DNA of 62,911 nt, filler included, from Sphacelaria rigidula (lineage: Eukaryota), in assembly GCA_964200075.2 (NCBI GenBank). It is 6 parts of 6 records of this genome, joined end to end, with 100 filler letters (N's around TTAATTAATTAA, not from the genome) between each part and the next. Parts side by side here need not be neighbours in the genome. Positions count along the whole stretch, not along the records: positions 52,511 to 62,911 come from CAXNAA020006562.1; 5 more parts are not named here. The stretch is one strand, 5' to 3'. A model generated the notes under the pieces. It was not told the origin of the DNA, ran no database searches, and saw nothing but the letters and a program-made list of their open reading frames with translations. The translations under genes were made by a program, and so were the position numbers. Of this stretch, positions 61,365 through 62,911 are shown piece by piece (the first letter of the stretch is position 1; each line of letters begins with the position of its first letter).

Positions 61365-62911
61365 GACGAATGTTTTGTTTTACCTGAATACTGTTGTAGT
61401 GAGGAATTATTCAGTATATGGGTGGTGAGGTGTGACGGTTGAGCTCCGACCCAGGCTGCTTTTCGTGCCGGCGTCCTGTGGTCCTGACTTCGCTCAACCA
61501 TTTTTACTTGCCTTTCATACTTCGAGGGGTGAAAATTCTTACACTTCCGCCCGTTAATGCGTGCCAAATGTCTCTTTTTTTCCCCGTCCAGCTTTTCGTT
61601 TTCCATGTAAATTCTTATGTTTGAAATTAGATACCGAGATTATGGGCACGGTAATCGTATATTTGATTCAATACGTGGGTGCCCGAGGTGCCTCCATGCC
61701 CTCTTTTGACCTACTACCATGTTGACCTTATGCTCAAAATGAAAATGTATGTAAAAGCCCGTGGTATTTTATTCCTGTTTTATGACGGTATTTCACAGAT
61801 TGCGCATGGATTATTTATAAGGATGAGCCTTGGAAACGTTTAAGAGCGAGGACCAAAATAGTTTCGGAGGAGAGGGCAAATTCATTCTCCGGCCGTGATG
61901 TGTGGCCTCACTCGCTTAAACAAAAGTGGTGACTTGTGAATTTTCCTGTGTTCTTTTCGAACATTTTCGACCTGCGTGCATTCCTGTACAAAAATGGTCA
62001 CTCCCTTTTTTTCGCATACCCTGTTACCTCAGGATATTACAACTTGTTGACGCAGCTTACTTTCGCAAGGCCACACATCACGGCCGGAGAGTGCGTTTGC
62101 ATTTTGTTTCCCACAATATTTCGATTTTGGTGAAGGTTCTCAGGGTTCATCCTCAAAGACACACCCATCCGCAAATTGTGAGATGTTGTATTTTGTGGTC
62201 CTGACTCTGCTGGGAATGTTTTTTTTCGAACCTGCTTTTTGCTTGTCCTCATTGTGCTTTGGTGTAAGTTTACTCTTATTATTGCGGATAGAATGGGTAA
62301 GGAAGGCCCTAGTGATTGTTGGGTTTTGTCAAAACCGGGCATTTCATTCTTCCTGGACTGGGAGGCCTTGATCATTGATTACAGCAGGCCAATCTTGGTG
62401 AAAAATGAAGCGAAATAGCCCAATTTTCTTGCCTCCGACGACGCTCCCCGCGGGCCCCTCTCGCCAGCCTGGGGGGGACTCGCACAGTGGGTGGAGTGCG
62501 CTCGCACTTGAGCGAAACTTATCGGAATTTATCAATATCAAACGCTGACACGTTTGATATCGTATCGAAGTGATATCGCGGTTCGATATCGTGTTGAAGT
62601 CAAGAAGTGATTTGATATCCAACAGCACTACCGCATATTCTAGTGATTTGTTGCACGCTCTGTCGTCCACCATATTGACAGAATGGCAAACCTAGACGTG
62701 CTGCACCCCTTCACTGTGCTGTAGTCGTGCTATTTACATAATCGCGGCTGGAGCCATGGCGCTGTACGCCCAAGCAGCATCGGCAGAAGTTTTGCATGTC
62801 CCATAGATGGGGAGGTTGTTGGTACACTTGGCAAGCCTGCACGCTTAGGAAAAATAATGATTCGTCAGGAAATTACTTGGTTTTAGTATCATAAGTTGAC
62901 TCGTGATGAAT

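Overview
Eukaryotic, intron-rich, repeat-rich DNA; gene style and repeats suggest a brown alga (Phaeophyceae), which is an inference. The window is not one locus. It is six contigs of 10,403/10,402/10,402/10,402/10,401/10,401 bp joined by identical 100-nt linkers (44 N + TTAATTAATTAA + 44 N), so nothing is linked across the linkers. Contig 1: last three exons of a minus-strand coiled-coil protein with a BET/GTE-like C-terminus, plus a TA-flanked MITE. Contig 2: SINE-derived ~305-bp tandem array, one acyltransferase (LPAAT/PlsC-family) exon, a decayed Ty3/gypsy element and a decayed RTE-like LINE. Contig 3: gag-like remnant, a 62-bp satellite interrupted by a foldback MITE, and a Ty3/gypsy integrase with a chromodomain and a possible second Tudor-like module. 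Contig 4: an apparently complete 5-exon gene (~1,812 aa, C-terminal Cys/His zinc finger) head-to-head with the first exon of another gene. Contig 5: eight phase-consistent exons of a partial CNG/EAG-type ion-channel gene. Contig 6: a tRNA-derived SINE, a ~440-nt near-perfect fold-back (miRNA/hairpin-RNA candidate) and a mariner-like MITE. I see no clearly new multi-gene system; the best leads are the long hairpin, the integrase domain architecture and the large uncharacterised zinc-finger protein.
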